NCBI GenBank assembly: GCA_051652765.1
Contig: JBOFUV010000099.1
Coordinates: 1-40,742, forward strand
Direction: 5' to 3'
Origin: Microcoleaceae cyanobacterium
GTDB lineage: Bacteria > Cyanobacteriota > Cyanobacteriia > Cyanobacteriales > Microcoleaceae
DNA length: 40,742 nt
Position numbers and translations under genes: made by a program. Of the stretch, positions 19,438 to 29,012 are shown piece by piece. Numbering within the stretch: the first letter of the stretch is position 1; each line of letters starts with the position of its first letter. The notes beneath the pieces were generated by a model that did no database searches, was not told the origin of the DNA, and worked only from the letters and a program-made list of their open reading frames with translations.

Positions 19438-21393
19438 TTACCGGACGTTGGTAACACTATTAAACTGACCTGTAAAGCGGCTAAATAGCATTTCTAATAC
19501 AGAGCGCTTCCCAAGATTGATCTTGGTATTAATTGCCATTCCTGATTGCAGGGGAATCTGAACTCCTTTTTCTTTATCCAGTTCAAAGTACTCTCGATCT
19601 AGCTTGATTTTTCCTTTAAATGAATAAAAAGGCCGAATCTCATCAGGGGGAATTGCATCCTGACTAATCCACTTCAACTCTCCTGGAACCGTCCCAAACT
19701 CTCCCGAAGGAAACGCATCAATATTAACTTCTACGCGAGTGCATTCTTGCGCTTGAATCCCAATTTCTTTGCGGGCTGCTTCCGATTCAGGGCAGAGGCA
19801 ATCTTTTTCTAAGGTACATTCAATGACTTCTCCAGCAACTTCTTTCCCATTATATGGAAAGAGTTTTTCCCGCTTGACTCGTAACGCATTCAGAGCTAAG
19901 GCAACATCCGTATTTTGAATATACACAAGTCCTTCAAGTCCTTGATCATCATCCAGAATTTCTAACAATTTCTCAGTTTGTTGGGCTTCGTAGTAAGCTT
20001 CGGTACACCGAGTTGGCTTGGGCTCACCGGGCTTGATAATATTGCTGGTGACATATTTGCAGATTTCATCCTCGCTCATGTTCAGTTCCGAGCTGTCTTT
20101 TTTGGTCGGAACTAGCTCGTAGACAATCCCCGCCGACGGCGCTTTCATGACCTGTGTGTCTCGCTGTTGGGCAACCTTTTCGAGTTGAGCATTAATTTCC
20201 GAGAGTCGCTTCTGATTCTCCAGTTTTAACCGACTGAGTTGGGAGTCAATACTGGCTAATTGTTTATTATTTTCTTCAATGCGAGTATAGAGTTCCCGTG
20301 CCCAAGCATCTTTAGTATTCTGCAATTGCTCCCCAGCCCGACTGATCGCAACATTGAGCCGTTGCTGTTCTCCAATCTGGTTTTCAATTTCAGCTTGAAC
20401 CTGGAGAATTTCCCCGGCGCGAGTATTCACTTCTCCCCGTCGAACATTAATTTCCCCTTGCCGTTCGTTAATTTCCCCTGAACGGGTCTCAATTTGATCT
20501 TGTTGCCGTAGCAGTTCTGCTTGCCCTCGCAACACTTCTTGCTGCTGACGATCTCGCTGAAGTTGAGCGATCGCGCCTTCTTGCACATAGGGATCAATCC
20601 GATCTAGAATCTGCTGGTTAGATTGTAAAAGTTCCTTGGATTTATTCAGTTGTCCTCCCGCAATTTCGAGTTGTTCACGGGAAGAATTCAGTTGCTCCTC
20701 AGAATAGGCCAATTGCTTTTGACCATAGTCTAACTGGGTTTGAGCAACCTGCAACTGCTCTCTGGCCGCTGCTTCACCATCTTCAGCTTGTTGGAGTTGT
20801 TTTTGCAATTCCTGGACTTGCAGTTTGGCCGTATTTACCCGCGAGGAATATTCTGCCCGATAGTTCGACACCAAACCGCTTAGGCTGGCATCATAGTTGG
20901 CATTTCCCTTCTGACCCAGGTAAAGCTCGTCGAGCAGAGATTGTAGGGCTTGGTTTTCATTTTTGCGAGCCTCTCGCTCTTTGACTAAGTCGGTCAGATC
21001 CCCAGGGGCTTGCCCTTCAGCTCGACCCTCAACAACTTTACCGTAAAACTGATTTTCTTGCTCCAGGGAGGTTTTTTGTTCTTCTAAAGACCGCAAATCA
21101 GCACTGGGGTCTGTCGGACTAAACGTGAGTAAGGGCTGATTTTTGACGACGCGATCGCCATTTTCGACATGCAGCCGAACCACGGCCCCTGTCGTTGGCG
21201 CTTGAATTTCCCGGGCTCCATCTGAAAACTCCAACTCACCATTCGCCGGAACAGTTTGCTCAATGCGAGCAAAGTATGCCCAGGTTACAGCCGAAGCCGT
21301 AACTAGCATAATCATCCAGAGAAACAAGTGCGACCAAGCCGCAGGTTTTTCTAGAATGATAGGTTGATCAGATAGGGAATTGGTGGTCGTCAT
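19438..21393 (-). CDS. hlyD: HlyD-family membrane fusion protein, unusually long (651 aa)
   Basis: Single N-terminal TM, IEQTVPANGEL, IQAP..G.V..L.V.NGD.V lipoyl half-motif, long coiled coil, MKAPSAGIV, IDAFP..EFG...G, LQSGM. Confidence 0.9.
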   Translation of the reverse strand: MTTTNSLSDQPIILEKPAAWSHLFLWMIMLVTASAVTWAYFARIEQTVPANGELEFSDGAREIQAPTTGAVVRLHVENGDRVVKNQPLLTFSPTDPSADLRSLEEQKTSLEQENQFYGKVVEGRAEGQAPGDLTDLVKEREARKNENQALQSLLDELYLGQKGNANYDASLSGLVSNYRAEYSSRVNTAKLQVQELQKQLQQAEDGEAAAREQLQVAQTQLDYGQKQLAYSEEQLNSSREQLEIAGGQLNKSKELLQSNQQILDRIDPYVQEGAIAQLQRDRQQQEVLRGQAELLRQQDQIETRSGEINERQGEINVRRGEVNTRAGEILQVQAEIENQIGEQQRLNVAISRAGEQLQNTKDAWARELYTRIEENNKQLASIDSQLSRLKLENQKRLSEINAQLEKVAQQRDTQVMKAPSAGIVYELVPTKKDSSELNMSEDEICKYVTSNIIKPGEPKPTRCTEAYYEAQQTEKLLEILDDDQGLEGLVYIQNTDVALALNALRVKREKLFPYNGKEVAGEVIECTLEKDCLCPESEAARKEIGIQAQECTRVEVNIDAFPSGEFGTVPGELKWISQDAIPPDEIRPFYSFKGKIKLDREYFELDKEKGVQIPLQSGMAINTKINLGKRSVLEMLFSRFTGQFNSVTNVR

Positions 21394-21511
21394 AGCTTGT
21401 CACTTAGAAAATTAAGGAGTTTAAGAGTAAGGTTAAGAAATTTAAGCCAGTCCAGAGTTCGGGGTTAAAAGGTGAAAACTGAGTAGAAACTTATCCAAAC
21501 TTAGCTCAACC

Positions 21512-24500
21512 CTACTGCTGGGATTCTTGCTGCTGGAACAGGCAGTAGTATCGACCTCGAAGCGCCATCAGTTCGTCATGGGAGCCAAGTTCAACAACAG
21601 ACCCTTGATCCATCATAACGATATAGTCCGCACTTCTCACCGTAGGCAGACGGTGAGTAATGAAAAAGACCGTTCGACCTTCAAAGGCTTCCTCCAAATG
21701 CTCAGAAACCAACCGTTCCGACTGATAGTCTAGGGCACTAGTTGCCTCGTCTAAAATCAACAATCGAGGATTTTGCAATACAGTTCGGGCGATCGCAATC
21801 CGCTGTCGTTGTCCCCCAGAGAGAGAGCCACCGCGTTCCCCAACAATGGTGTTGTAGCCATTGGGCAAGCTCATAATAAAGTCGTGAGCCGCAGCAATCT
21901 TTGCAGCTCGGATAACTTCATCACTGCCAGCATCAGGATTATTCAGGGCAATATTCTCCTGAACAGACCCATTAAACAACAGCGTGTCCTGCAGAACGAC
22001 CCCAATCTGGCGACGCAGGGAATAAAGCTCCACCTTATTGATATCATAATCATCAATCTTGATCCGACCCGAAAGCGGACTGTATAGCCGCTGTACCAAC
22101 TTCATCAAGGTACTCTTGCCGGAACCACTCAGTCCTACAATACCGATGAATGAACCCGCCGGAAACTCCAAGTTCACATTGGCCACTTGTAATGGCCCAC
22201 TTTGACCAAAGCGGAACGAGACCTCCTCAAAAGTAACTGCGCCATGAATTTCTGGCATGGGGATGTTGTTGCGGTCATCATCATCCGTTTCAGGTTCAGC
22301 ATCGAACACGTCTCGCAATCGTTCGACTGACATACCCACTTCCTGGAAACTCTGCCAAACGCTCACAAATCGTAGCAAAGACCCAGTGACGTTCCCCGCA
22401 ATAATCTTGAAGGCAATCAGTCCTCCAATCGTCAGTTTATTCTCGATTACCAAGTAAGCACCGACCCAGAGCAAAGAGAGGGCAGAGAGTTTGTTCAAAA
22501 AGCCACTGATGGAGTTGGCCACGGTCTGGGTCAGAATCGTGTCAAAACTAGCCGTCATGAAGCGGGCATACCGTCCTTGCCATTCCCAGCGGGATTTCAA
22601 CTCAATGTTTTGAGCTTTCACCGTCTGAATCCCGTTGAGGACTTCCACTAAATAAGATTGGGAATCCGCATACCGTTCCGCTTTTCTCCGCAGGAGTCGC
22701 CGCACAATTGGAGAGTTAATGATGATAATCGCAGCAAATAACGGCAAGGGAGCTAGGGCCAACAACCCCAGAGGAATACTCAGATAAAACATCACCGCCA
22801 CATACACCACTGAGAACACAGCATCCAGCACAACGGTCAAGGCGGTTCCCGTTAAAAAGCTCCGAATCGTAGCCAACTCTCCAATCCGACCGACCAAGTC
22901 CCCAACTCGGCGATTGTCAAAATAGTTCAGAGGTAGTCTCAACAAGTGGTCAATAACCTCAGAACTCAACCTCACATCCAATCGGTTGGTTGTGTCTACA
23001 AACAGATAGGTTCTCAAGGTGCTCAACAACGCTTCAAACAGGGCAACCCCCAACATCAGCATCCCTAAAACGTTCAGGGCATCAATATTACGTTGGCCCA
23101 AAACCTTGTCAATGATGATCATCGTCATCAACGGATTCACTAAGCCAAACAACTGCACAAAGAAAGACGACAGCAGAACTTCAATGAAGGTCGTGCGATG
23201 TTCTTTCAGAGCGGGCCAGAACCACCAAAAACTAAATTGTTCCCGTTGTTCGGTTTTAGGCGCTTGGAGCAGTAAAACTTGGCCTGACTCGCCCCAAAGT
23301 TCGGCAAACTGGGAGGGGCGCATCCGCCGCAGTCCCTTTTCTGGGGTTGCTAGGACAATTTCTCGTTCAGTCGTTTGATAGAGAATGGCAAAACTGTTTT
23401 CCCATTGCACCATGGCTGGAGCTTTGATGCGACCAATGGCTTTGGCGGGAACCTGGGCGAGTTGGGCATTGATTCCCATCATTTGGGTAACGGCCCCACA
23501 GGCCTGCAACGTTACAGAACCCACGGTACTCTGTTGGTTTTCTAGAACGCGCCGAACTAAATCTTTGCGGAAATTGACATTGAAATACTTGCTCAGCATA
23601 TTAAAGCAAGCTAAGGGCGCACCAATTGTTCCTGAGCCTCGCACGACTGGAAATCGCTGCCCCGTCTGGTCTTGCTCCAACTCGGGATCAGGTGGCAGCG
23701 GAGCAATTGGAATCTCCTTGAGGTTCAGCGGAGGGGGCTTGTCAGTAATCTCTACTGTAGCAGTCCCGTTCCCTAAACTTTCAGCTTCATGGGTTTCTGG
23801 AGGAGCACTCGCAGTCGGACGAACCCCAATAATTCTGGCCCCTGGCTCTCCCCCAACCTTGAGAGCACCATTGAGAGACTCAGACACTAATCGGCTGCCT
23901 GCAGAGAATGGGCCGATTGTTCCACTACTCAAAAGCCAAATCCGTTCTGGGTCAAGCATTGAGACCAAGTCTCGACCCTGCTTAGACCCACTGAGTAAAT
24001 TCACTACAACGGCATCTGGCCAAATGTCCAGGGTTAGGGCCTTGAGATCGCCCATCGTACTGGCGTGCTGCTGCAATTCCCGACTCAGCAAATCAAACAC
24101 TTCGCTAACGGCGGCATGATCCCTAAATGCTTCTCCGAATTCGGGCTCTCGAGTGATCAAATCCAGAAACTCACTCGCACCCAAGGTAATACAAACCGTA
24201 TCCGTGGAGGCGATCGCCGTTTCACAAGGCGTTCCTCGCAATAGCCCCGCCCATCCTAAAATCTCTCGTGCCCCAGCCAGTTGTAGACTCAGATGGCGCT
24301 GAGTTCTCAGGTCATACCCTAGCAATCGCGCCTGTCCCTGGTAAATGATGGCCACATACGTGGGCATCTTCTCCCGTTCAAAAATGGGCTGCCCTGTGCG
24401 ATAGGCCAACAATTGACATTTCGGCACAACCCGATCAAGCGCCTGATCTGACAGGCGGTCAAAGGGGGCAGTCTCTGCCAAAAAACTCTGAATCTGAATG

Positions 24501-24523
24501 CTAGAAACTGTGGATGCTGTCAT
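21512..24523 (-). CDS. hlyB: Type I secretion ABC transporter (cNMP-binding domain + C39-like domain + TMD + NBD)
   Basis: Walker A GLSGSGKST, signature LSGGQRQRIAIAR, Walker B LILDEATSALD, H-loop ITHR; N-terminal cNMP-like fold. The C39-like domain lacks the DCG Cys and the catalytic His. ATG 24523 preferred to 24592. Confidence 0.92.
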   Translation of the reverse strand: MTASTVSSIQIQSFLAETAPFDRLSDQALDRVVPKCQLLAYRTGQPIFEREKMPTYVAIIYQGQARLLGYDLRTQRHLSLQLAGAREILGWAGLLRGTPCETAIASTDTVCITLGASEFLDLITREPEFGEAFRDHAAVSEVFDLLSRELQQHASTMGDLKALTLDIWPDAVVVNLLSGSKQGRDLVSMLDPERIWLLSSGTIGPFSAGSRLVSESLNGALKVGGEPGARIIGVRPTASAPPETHEAESLGNGTATVEITDKPPPLNLKEIPIAPLPPDPELEQDQTGQRFPVVRGSGTIGAPLACFNMLSKYFNVNFRKDLVRRVLENQQSTVGSVTLQACGAVTQMMGINAQLAQVPAKAIGRIKAPAMVQWENSFAILYQTTEREIVLATPEKGLRRMRPSQFAELWGESGQVLLLQAPKTEQREQFSFWWFWPALKEHRTTFIEVLLSSFFVQLFGLVNPLMTMIIIDKVLGQRNIDALNVLGMLMLGVALFEALLSTLRTYLFVDTTNRLDVRLSSEVIDHLLRLPLNYFDNRRVGDLVGRIGELATIRSFLTGTALTVVLDAVFSVVYVAVMFYLSIPLGLLALAPLPLFAAIIIINSPIVRRLLRRKAERYADSQSYLVEVLNGIQTVKAQNIELKSRWEWQGRYARFMTASFDTILTQTVANSISGFLNKLSALSLLWVGAYLVIENKLTIGGLIAFKIIAGNVTGSLLRFVSVWQSFQEVGMSVERLRDVFDAEPETDDDDRNNIPMPEIHGAVTFEEVSFRFGQSGPLQVANVNLEFPAGSFIGIVGLSGSGKSTLMKLVQRLYSPLSGRIKIDDYDINKVELYSLRRQIGVVLQDTLLFNGSVQENIALNNPDAGSDEVIRAAKIAAAHDFIMSLPNGYNTIVGERGGSLSGGQRQRIAIARTVLQNPRLLILDEATSALDYQSERLVSEHLEEAFEGRTVFFITHRLPTVRSADYIVMMDQGSVVELGSHDELMALRGRYYCLFQQQESQQ

Positions 24524-24543
24524 GACATCGAGGACACTGAGGT

Positions 24544-25278
24544 TTATAAGGGCATAAGTGGGCCGATTGCTGTAAGCTGCTCCCGTACCCAATTCTCAAA
24601 TAGCTCGTCAATTAAGCGACGGCGCATTGATTCATCAAGCTGGGCTGGGACAAACTTCTCCAGACGAATAACTACCATCCATTCTGCCAGAGGACGGGGA
24701 GTCCAGATCTGACCGGGCTGGCTCACTGACAATAACTTACTAATGGCAGGATGAGGTTGAGATAGGGGGACAGGCCCCAACAATCCCCCCGAGCGCGACT
24801 CGGGGCCTTCTGAGTGTTCACGAGCGGCATCGGCAAACGTGGTTTCGCCTTCAGAAATCCGGAAATAAAGTTCATGGGCTAGCCCTGGGTTTTTTGTCCG
24901 AATCAATGAATAGACAACCTGATCAAGATGACTCTTACGAGAGACGAAATAGTTCTCAACTTTGTTGCTCCAAGTGGCTTGCTTAAACTTTTCGAGCTTG
25001 AGGGGACGCACAGCAATTTCTTCGAGTTCTGCTTGGCTGATGCCGTTGCCAGTTAGCCAAGCTTGCTTGGCTTCAGGAGAAGCCAACTGATACTGATTCA
25101 TCAATTTCTCTATCGCTGCTGTCTGTTCTGCCTGATCGCATCCATACTCCTCCGAGGCGATCGCCTGATCAACCAGAACCTCCCGTAAAAATTGAGGCAT
25201 CAACTGATATCGCTTCAACAACAGGGGAATTTCTTCAGCTTTGATCACTATTTCTCCAAATTTGAACACTCCCGTCAT
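24544..25278 (-). CDS. PpiC/parvulin-type peptidyl-prolyl isomerase associated with T1SS
   Basis: LDQVVYSLIR....LA.ELYFRI..GE.TF...A...S.GPE...GG.LGP, VIRLEK..PA.LD; usual neighbour of cyanobacterial HlyB. Confidence 0.88.
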   Translation of the reverse strand: MTGVFKFGEIVIKAEEIPLLLKRYQLMPQFLREVLVDQAIASEEYGCDQAEQTAAIEKLMNQYQLASPEAKQAWLTGNGISQAELEEIAVRPLKLEKFKQATWSNKVENYFVSRKSHLDQVVYSLIRTKNPGLAHELYFRISEGETTFADAAREHSEGPESRSGGLLGPVPLSQPHPAISKLLSVSQPGQIWTPRPLAEWMVVIRLEKFVPAQLDESMRRRLIDELFENWVREQLTAIGPLMPL

Positions 25279-25440
25279 CCCTTCTCTAGCTGGTCTATTT
25301 CTAGCTGGTTTGTAGAACCCTGCTTACTCAATACATGCCTAAAACGATGATAGCAGACACGTTACCCTGCGTTCTGCTCGGAATCGCCAAGAGCCCCACT
25401 GCAAGTCTCTTCAGCAACGATTAGTCTCTGCAATCTAGCC

Positions 25441-25551
25441 ATAGCAATCCGCAATGATTTGCGAGCAGGAGTTGAGGGGATGTTGCTCCTGCTTGGGGAC
25501 TTCGTTCCCAAACCCCTTTTTGGTTTTCGCATGATTGATCTGGGGGTGCTG
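25441..25551 (-). mobile_element. Dispersed ~110-bp MITE/REP-like element, copy A
   Basis: Reverse complement aligns with 37461-37574 (ATCAATCATG.GAAAAC.A...CCCCAAG.A.G.GCAAC...AATCATT...TGCT); degenerate terminal inverted repeats. Confidence 0.65.
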
Positions 25552-25671
25552 GATCTGAACTTCGCGATTCGGGTTTCTGGGTCTGCTGGCTGGGCTAATG
25601 CCTAAAAGCCACTTCCAACTCCAGTACCCTAGCGCTCCTAGGTGCTGCTATAGTATGTCTGCTGACTGGAT

Positions 25672-25713
25672 GTTTCTGAACTAAGGTTTCTGAACTAAGG
25701 TTTCTGAACTGAG
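25672..25713. repeat. 14-bp tandem repeat GTTTCTGAACTAAG x3
   Basis: Two exact copies plus gtttctgaactgag. Confidence 0.85.
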
Positions 25714-25944
25714 TTCGCTTAATCAAGTTTGCTTACTGAAGTGTTCTTAATCAAGTTTTAAGCTAACACTTACCTTCTCTTGACCTTTCAATGGTTCACT
25801 TGAGGTGAAAAATCTTCGCCATTCTTTGAGAAACAGTTTTTGGGGAGACGTTTTTTTGAGAGACATGTTTGGAAGTGGAAGTCCAGTGATTACCTGTCAA
25901 AAGTTTATAGCGTTATAGAGTTGTATCCGGTTACCTTAAGACCC

Positions 25945-27723
25945 ATGCAAAAGTATTGCAACCGAGTGAGTTTGAGTCTATTAAGTTTGACTCTGTTTTT
26001 GGAACTATTGACTCCACCTGTTAAGGCTCAATCGGATTCTAATACGCAGTTTCCTCAGTTTTGTAAAAATACTGAGACTCAGCTTGTTACATCTTCCGTT
26101 TCTACCAATACTAACTGGTTACTGAATGCTTCAAATTGGATTGCAAATCCTGAGGTTGGATTCGTTCAGTTTGTGCAAGAAGTTGGAGTCCAGATGGTGG
26201 TTCAAGCTAACATTAGCCCTTGGCCAACGATTCATCAGCAGGCTAGGAGTGCCAGAGTTCCAGTGATTATGTATCACGATATTTTGTCAGAGAAGCAAGT
26301 GTTTTTTGACGTTACGATCAAGGAATTCAAACAACAACTAGACTCTATTCGTGAAAGTGGATCAACTCCAATTAGTCTTGATCAATTGATTGCCCATTTG
26401 GAAACCGGAACATCATTGCCATCAAAGTCTATTGTACTAACGTTTGATGATGGTTATGCTGGGCATTATGAGATCGTTTATCCGTTGTTGAAAGAGTACA
26501 ATTATCCGGCTGTTTTTTCTGTTTATTCTGACAAAGTTGAGGGTAAAATTGCAGGTCGATCGAGCCTCAACTGGGAACAATTACGTGAAATGGCCAGTAA
26601 TCCTCTCATTACGATTGCTTCCCACAGCATTACTCATCCACCGGATTTAACCGAACTATCTGATGTCCAATTGCAGCAGGAAGTGGTAGAGTCCAAACGG
26701 ATTTTAGAAGAAAAATTAGAGGTTCCAATTCATTACTTTACCTATCCAGAAGGAAAGTATGATGAGCGAGTCAGTGCCTGGGTCAAAGCCGCAGGGTACA
26801 AAGCGGCTTTGACAATGGATGATAGTGAAAATCGGTTTAGTAATCAATCCAAAAGTTTATTGGCTCTTGATCGTTTCGGTCAATCTGGTTTGGACAAGGC
26901 TCTAGAGCAAGCTTGGGGAGGGTTGCAACTCTCTCAATGGAAGGCTACTTTTGATTTCAATGCTCCGGTTGTCAAGAATCAGTTAACCCTGGAAAAAGTT
27001 CCTTTAATTTTGATCTCAGGGGGACAGCCCGTTACAATTCATGCCGAGAGCCGGGATCAGGTGCATGAAATCTTGGGAGAAACAGAAGCTCTTGCCGATC
27101 AGGAGTTCGTGGCTGGTGTAGATGGGGGTTTTTTCTCGATGGATACTCTCGATTCTAATCAGATGATTGGCCCTGTGTTTAGTCGGAGTACGGGGCAGTT
27201 TATTCCGGGTAATCCGAGTGAAAATCGGAAGTTGAGCGATCGCCCCCTGGTATTAATTGGCCAGGATACTCTCCGCTTTATTCCTTTCAACCCTGACCGA
27301 CACAACACTCTTGAGGGTTTGCAGGCAGAACTCCCTGATCTGACTGATGCATTTGTTGGAGCAGGATTTCTCGTGAGAGATGCTCAACCTCAACCCCTAG
27401 AAAGGTTTGGGGAACTGTATGACGTGAATGAAGAACGCCACCGGGCATTCTGGGGAATTCATCAAAGTGGTCAACCGATTATTGGGGTTTCGGCAGAGCC
27501 CGTTGGTTCTGTGATGTTAGGTCAGCTTCTTGCCCAGTCAGGGTTTCGACATGCAGTCATGTTAGACTCTGGAGCCAGTACCGCCCTTGCCTATGAAGGA
27601 GAGTCTCTAGTCGGGTATATTCCCCGTCCAGTTCCCCATGTGGTAGCTCTGACATCTCAGAAAAATTTAGCGGCCCGTCCGACCTGTGAAATGGCAAAGC
27701 TTCCCTCTAGTCAATCTCGCTGA
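25945..27723 (+). CDS. Polysaccharide deacetylase (CE4/NodB) fused to a phosphodiester-glycosidase (NAGPA-like) domain
   Basis: Signal peptide ending VKA; VIMYH, LTFDDGY, ASHSITHP, FTYPEG; C-terminal VDGGFF and MLDSGAST. ATG 25945 preferred to 25840. Confidence 0.85.
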   Translation: MQKYCNRVSLSLLSLTLFLELLTPPVKAQSDSNTQFPQFCKNTETQLVTSSVSTNTNWLLNASNWIANPEVGFVQFVQEVGVQMVVQANISPWPTIHQQARSARVPVIMYHDILSEKQVFFDVTIKEFKQQLDSIRESGSTPISLDQLIAHLETGTSLPSKSIVLTFDDGYAGHYEIVYPLLKEYNYPAVFSVYSDKVEGKIAGRSSLNWEQLREMASNPLITIASHSITHPPDLTELSDVQLQQEVVESKRILEEKLEVPIHYFTYPEGKYDERVSAWVKAAGYKAALTMDDSENRFSNQSKSLLALDRFGQSGLDKALEQAWGGLQLSQWKATFDFNAPVVKNQLTLEKVPLILISGGQPVTIHAESRDQVHEILGETEALADQEFVAGVDGGFFSMDTLDSNQMIGPVFSRSTGQFIPGNPSENRKLSDRPLVLIGQDTLRFIPFNPDRHNTLEGLQAELPDLTDAFVGAGFLVRDAQPQPLERFGELYDVNEERHRAFWGIHQSGQPIIGVSAEPVGSVMLGQLLAQSGFRHAVMLDSGASTALAYEGESLVGYIPRPVPHVVALTSQKNLAARPTCEMAKLPSSQSR

Positions 27724-27818
27724 CCGAAAAAGTTCAGCACTAACTGGCTAGAAACTCTTTCACCAACGCACGATAGAGGGCAAAGCATGGGGTGTTAACA
27801 AGAAAGTAAGAATAAGCG

Positions 27819-28238
27819 CTAGGCAACTGACCACTTGATCCGCTCAGCGTGGTTCCAGAATGCTTCTAGGTTATAAAACTCTCGCTCTTCCGGTAACATG
27901 ATGTGAATAACAACATCCCCATAATCGACTAAGAGCCACATTCCTTCCTTCTGGCCCTCTGTGCTGATCGGAACTCGATGCAGCTCCTGTTCAACAGTAT
28001 GAGTAATAGCTTGACAAATTGCCCGAACCTGCACACTGGAAAAACCCGTCGCAATCAAAAAATAGTCTGCCAGATAACACACTTCTGAAACCTTGAGAAT
28101 CACGAGATCATCTGCTTTTCGTTCTTCTGCTGCCCGTGCCGCAGCTAAAACAGTTTCCCAAGTCTGATCTAAATCCACAAAAGTGGTAGGTGCTGAGCTT
28201 GAACTTGACGAGTGTTGAGTATGGACAGGATTAATCAT
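27819..28238 (-). CDS. rsfS: Ribosome silencing factor (Iojap)
   Basis: ERKADDLVILKV, ADYFLIATG.S..QVRAI, WLLVDYGDVVIHIM....REFYNLEAFW. Confidence 0.95.
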   Translation of the reverse strand: MINPVHTQHSSSSSSAPTTFVDLDQTWETVLAAARAAEERKADDLVILKVSEVCYLADYFLIATGFSSVQVRAICQAITHTVEQELHRVPISTEGQKEGMWLLVDYGDVVIHIMLPEEREFYNLEAFWNHAERIKWSVA

Positions 28239-28380
28239 GCAAGAATGTAAGCCTTAAGGAGGGTTGACGCGAAAAAAATTACTATCGATATATTCTAACA
28301 GTGAGATTTTGTCTAGTCATTAGCTAACAACGTATCTTAATGTGAGCTTGATGATTTAGACTGCCTCAGTTTCTTGAATG

Positions 28381-28430
28381 AGTTTCTCAAATTTAAGCTT
28401 CTCAAATTTAAGTTTCCCAAATTTAAGTTT
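28381..28430. repeat. 15-bp tandem repeat AGTTTCTCAAATTTA x3.3
   Basis: Directly downstream of the yqeK stop. Confidence 0.85.
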
Positions 28431-28433
28431 GAA

Positions 28434-29012
28434 CTACCTCAACTGCGACTGCTGCAGTGCCCAGTTCCTTGTTAAAACAGCCCTAGGGTGAATGGTTCGA
28501 CAGGTTTTGATCAAGTATTGTAAGGTATAGTCACAGGTTTGCCAAACAGCTTGATGGAGGTTCTGCAGACTGAGTTGGCGTAGGGCATTTAACTCCGGGG
28601 TATCTCCTCGTCCTGGTTCTAAAGTGTCCGCCAGAAAAACAATACAGCTCAGGGGACTCATCTCAGGATTGCCCAAGGTATGGTGAGCGATCGCCTGTAA
28701 AATTTCCTGATTGTGTACCCCGAATTCTTTCCGGGCAACAATGGCACTGACATCAGCATGAATCAAGTGAGGATGACTCTCTAAAACTGGGTCAAGGGTC
28801 ACCTGTTCAGCTTTTGCCATCTCAAGTAGCTGTTGGGGATGAAAATACTTGGCCAAATCATGCATCAGGGCTGCAGTTTGGGCTTGAGATTGATCCAAAT
28901 GATAGTGCTGGGCCAACTCCATCGCCATCTGCTCCACCCCTAAAATATGTTGGATTCGAGGCTCTGGCATATGGGCCGCCAACCAAGTTAGAACTTGAGT
29001 TCGTAAACTCAT
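28434..29012 (-). CDS. yqeK: HD-domain bis(5'-nucleosyl)-tetraphosphatase
   Basis: RIQHILGV, MHDLAK, LIHA, AIAHHTLG, FLADTLEPGR; adjacent to rsfS. Confidence 0.92.
   Translation of the reverse strand: MSLRTQVLTWLAAHMPEPRIQHILGVEQMAMELAQHYHLDQSQAQTAALMHDLAKYFHPQQLLEMAKAEQVTLDPVLESHPHLIHADVSAIVARKEFGVHNQEILQAIAHHTLGNPEMSPLSCIVFLADTLEPGRGDTPELNALRQLSLQNLHQAVWQTCDYTLQYLIKTCRTIHPRAVLTRNWALQQSQLR

Noticed and set aside
21527..24119. Plus-strand ORFs opposite hlyB, including a 244-aa ORF
   Set aside because: Antisense shadows produced by codon bias.
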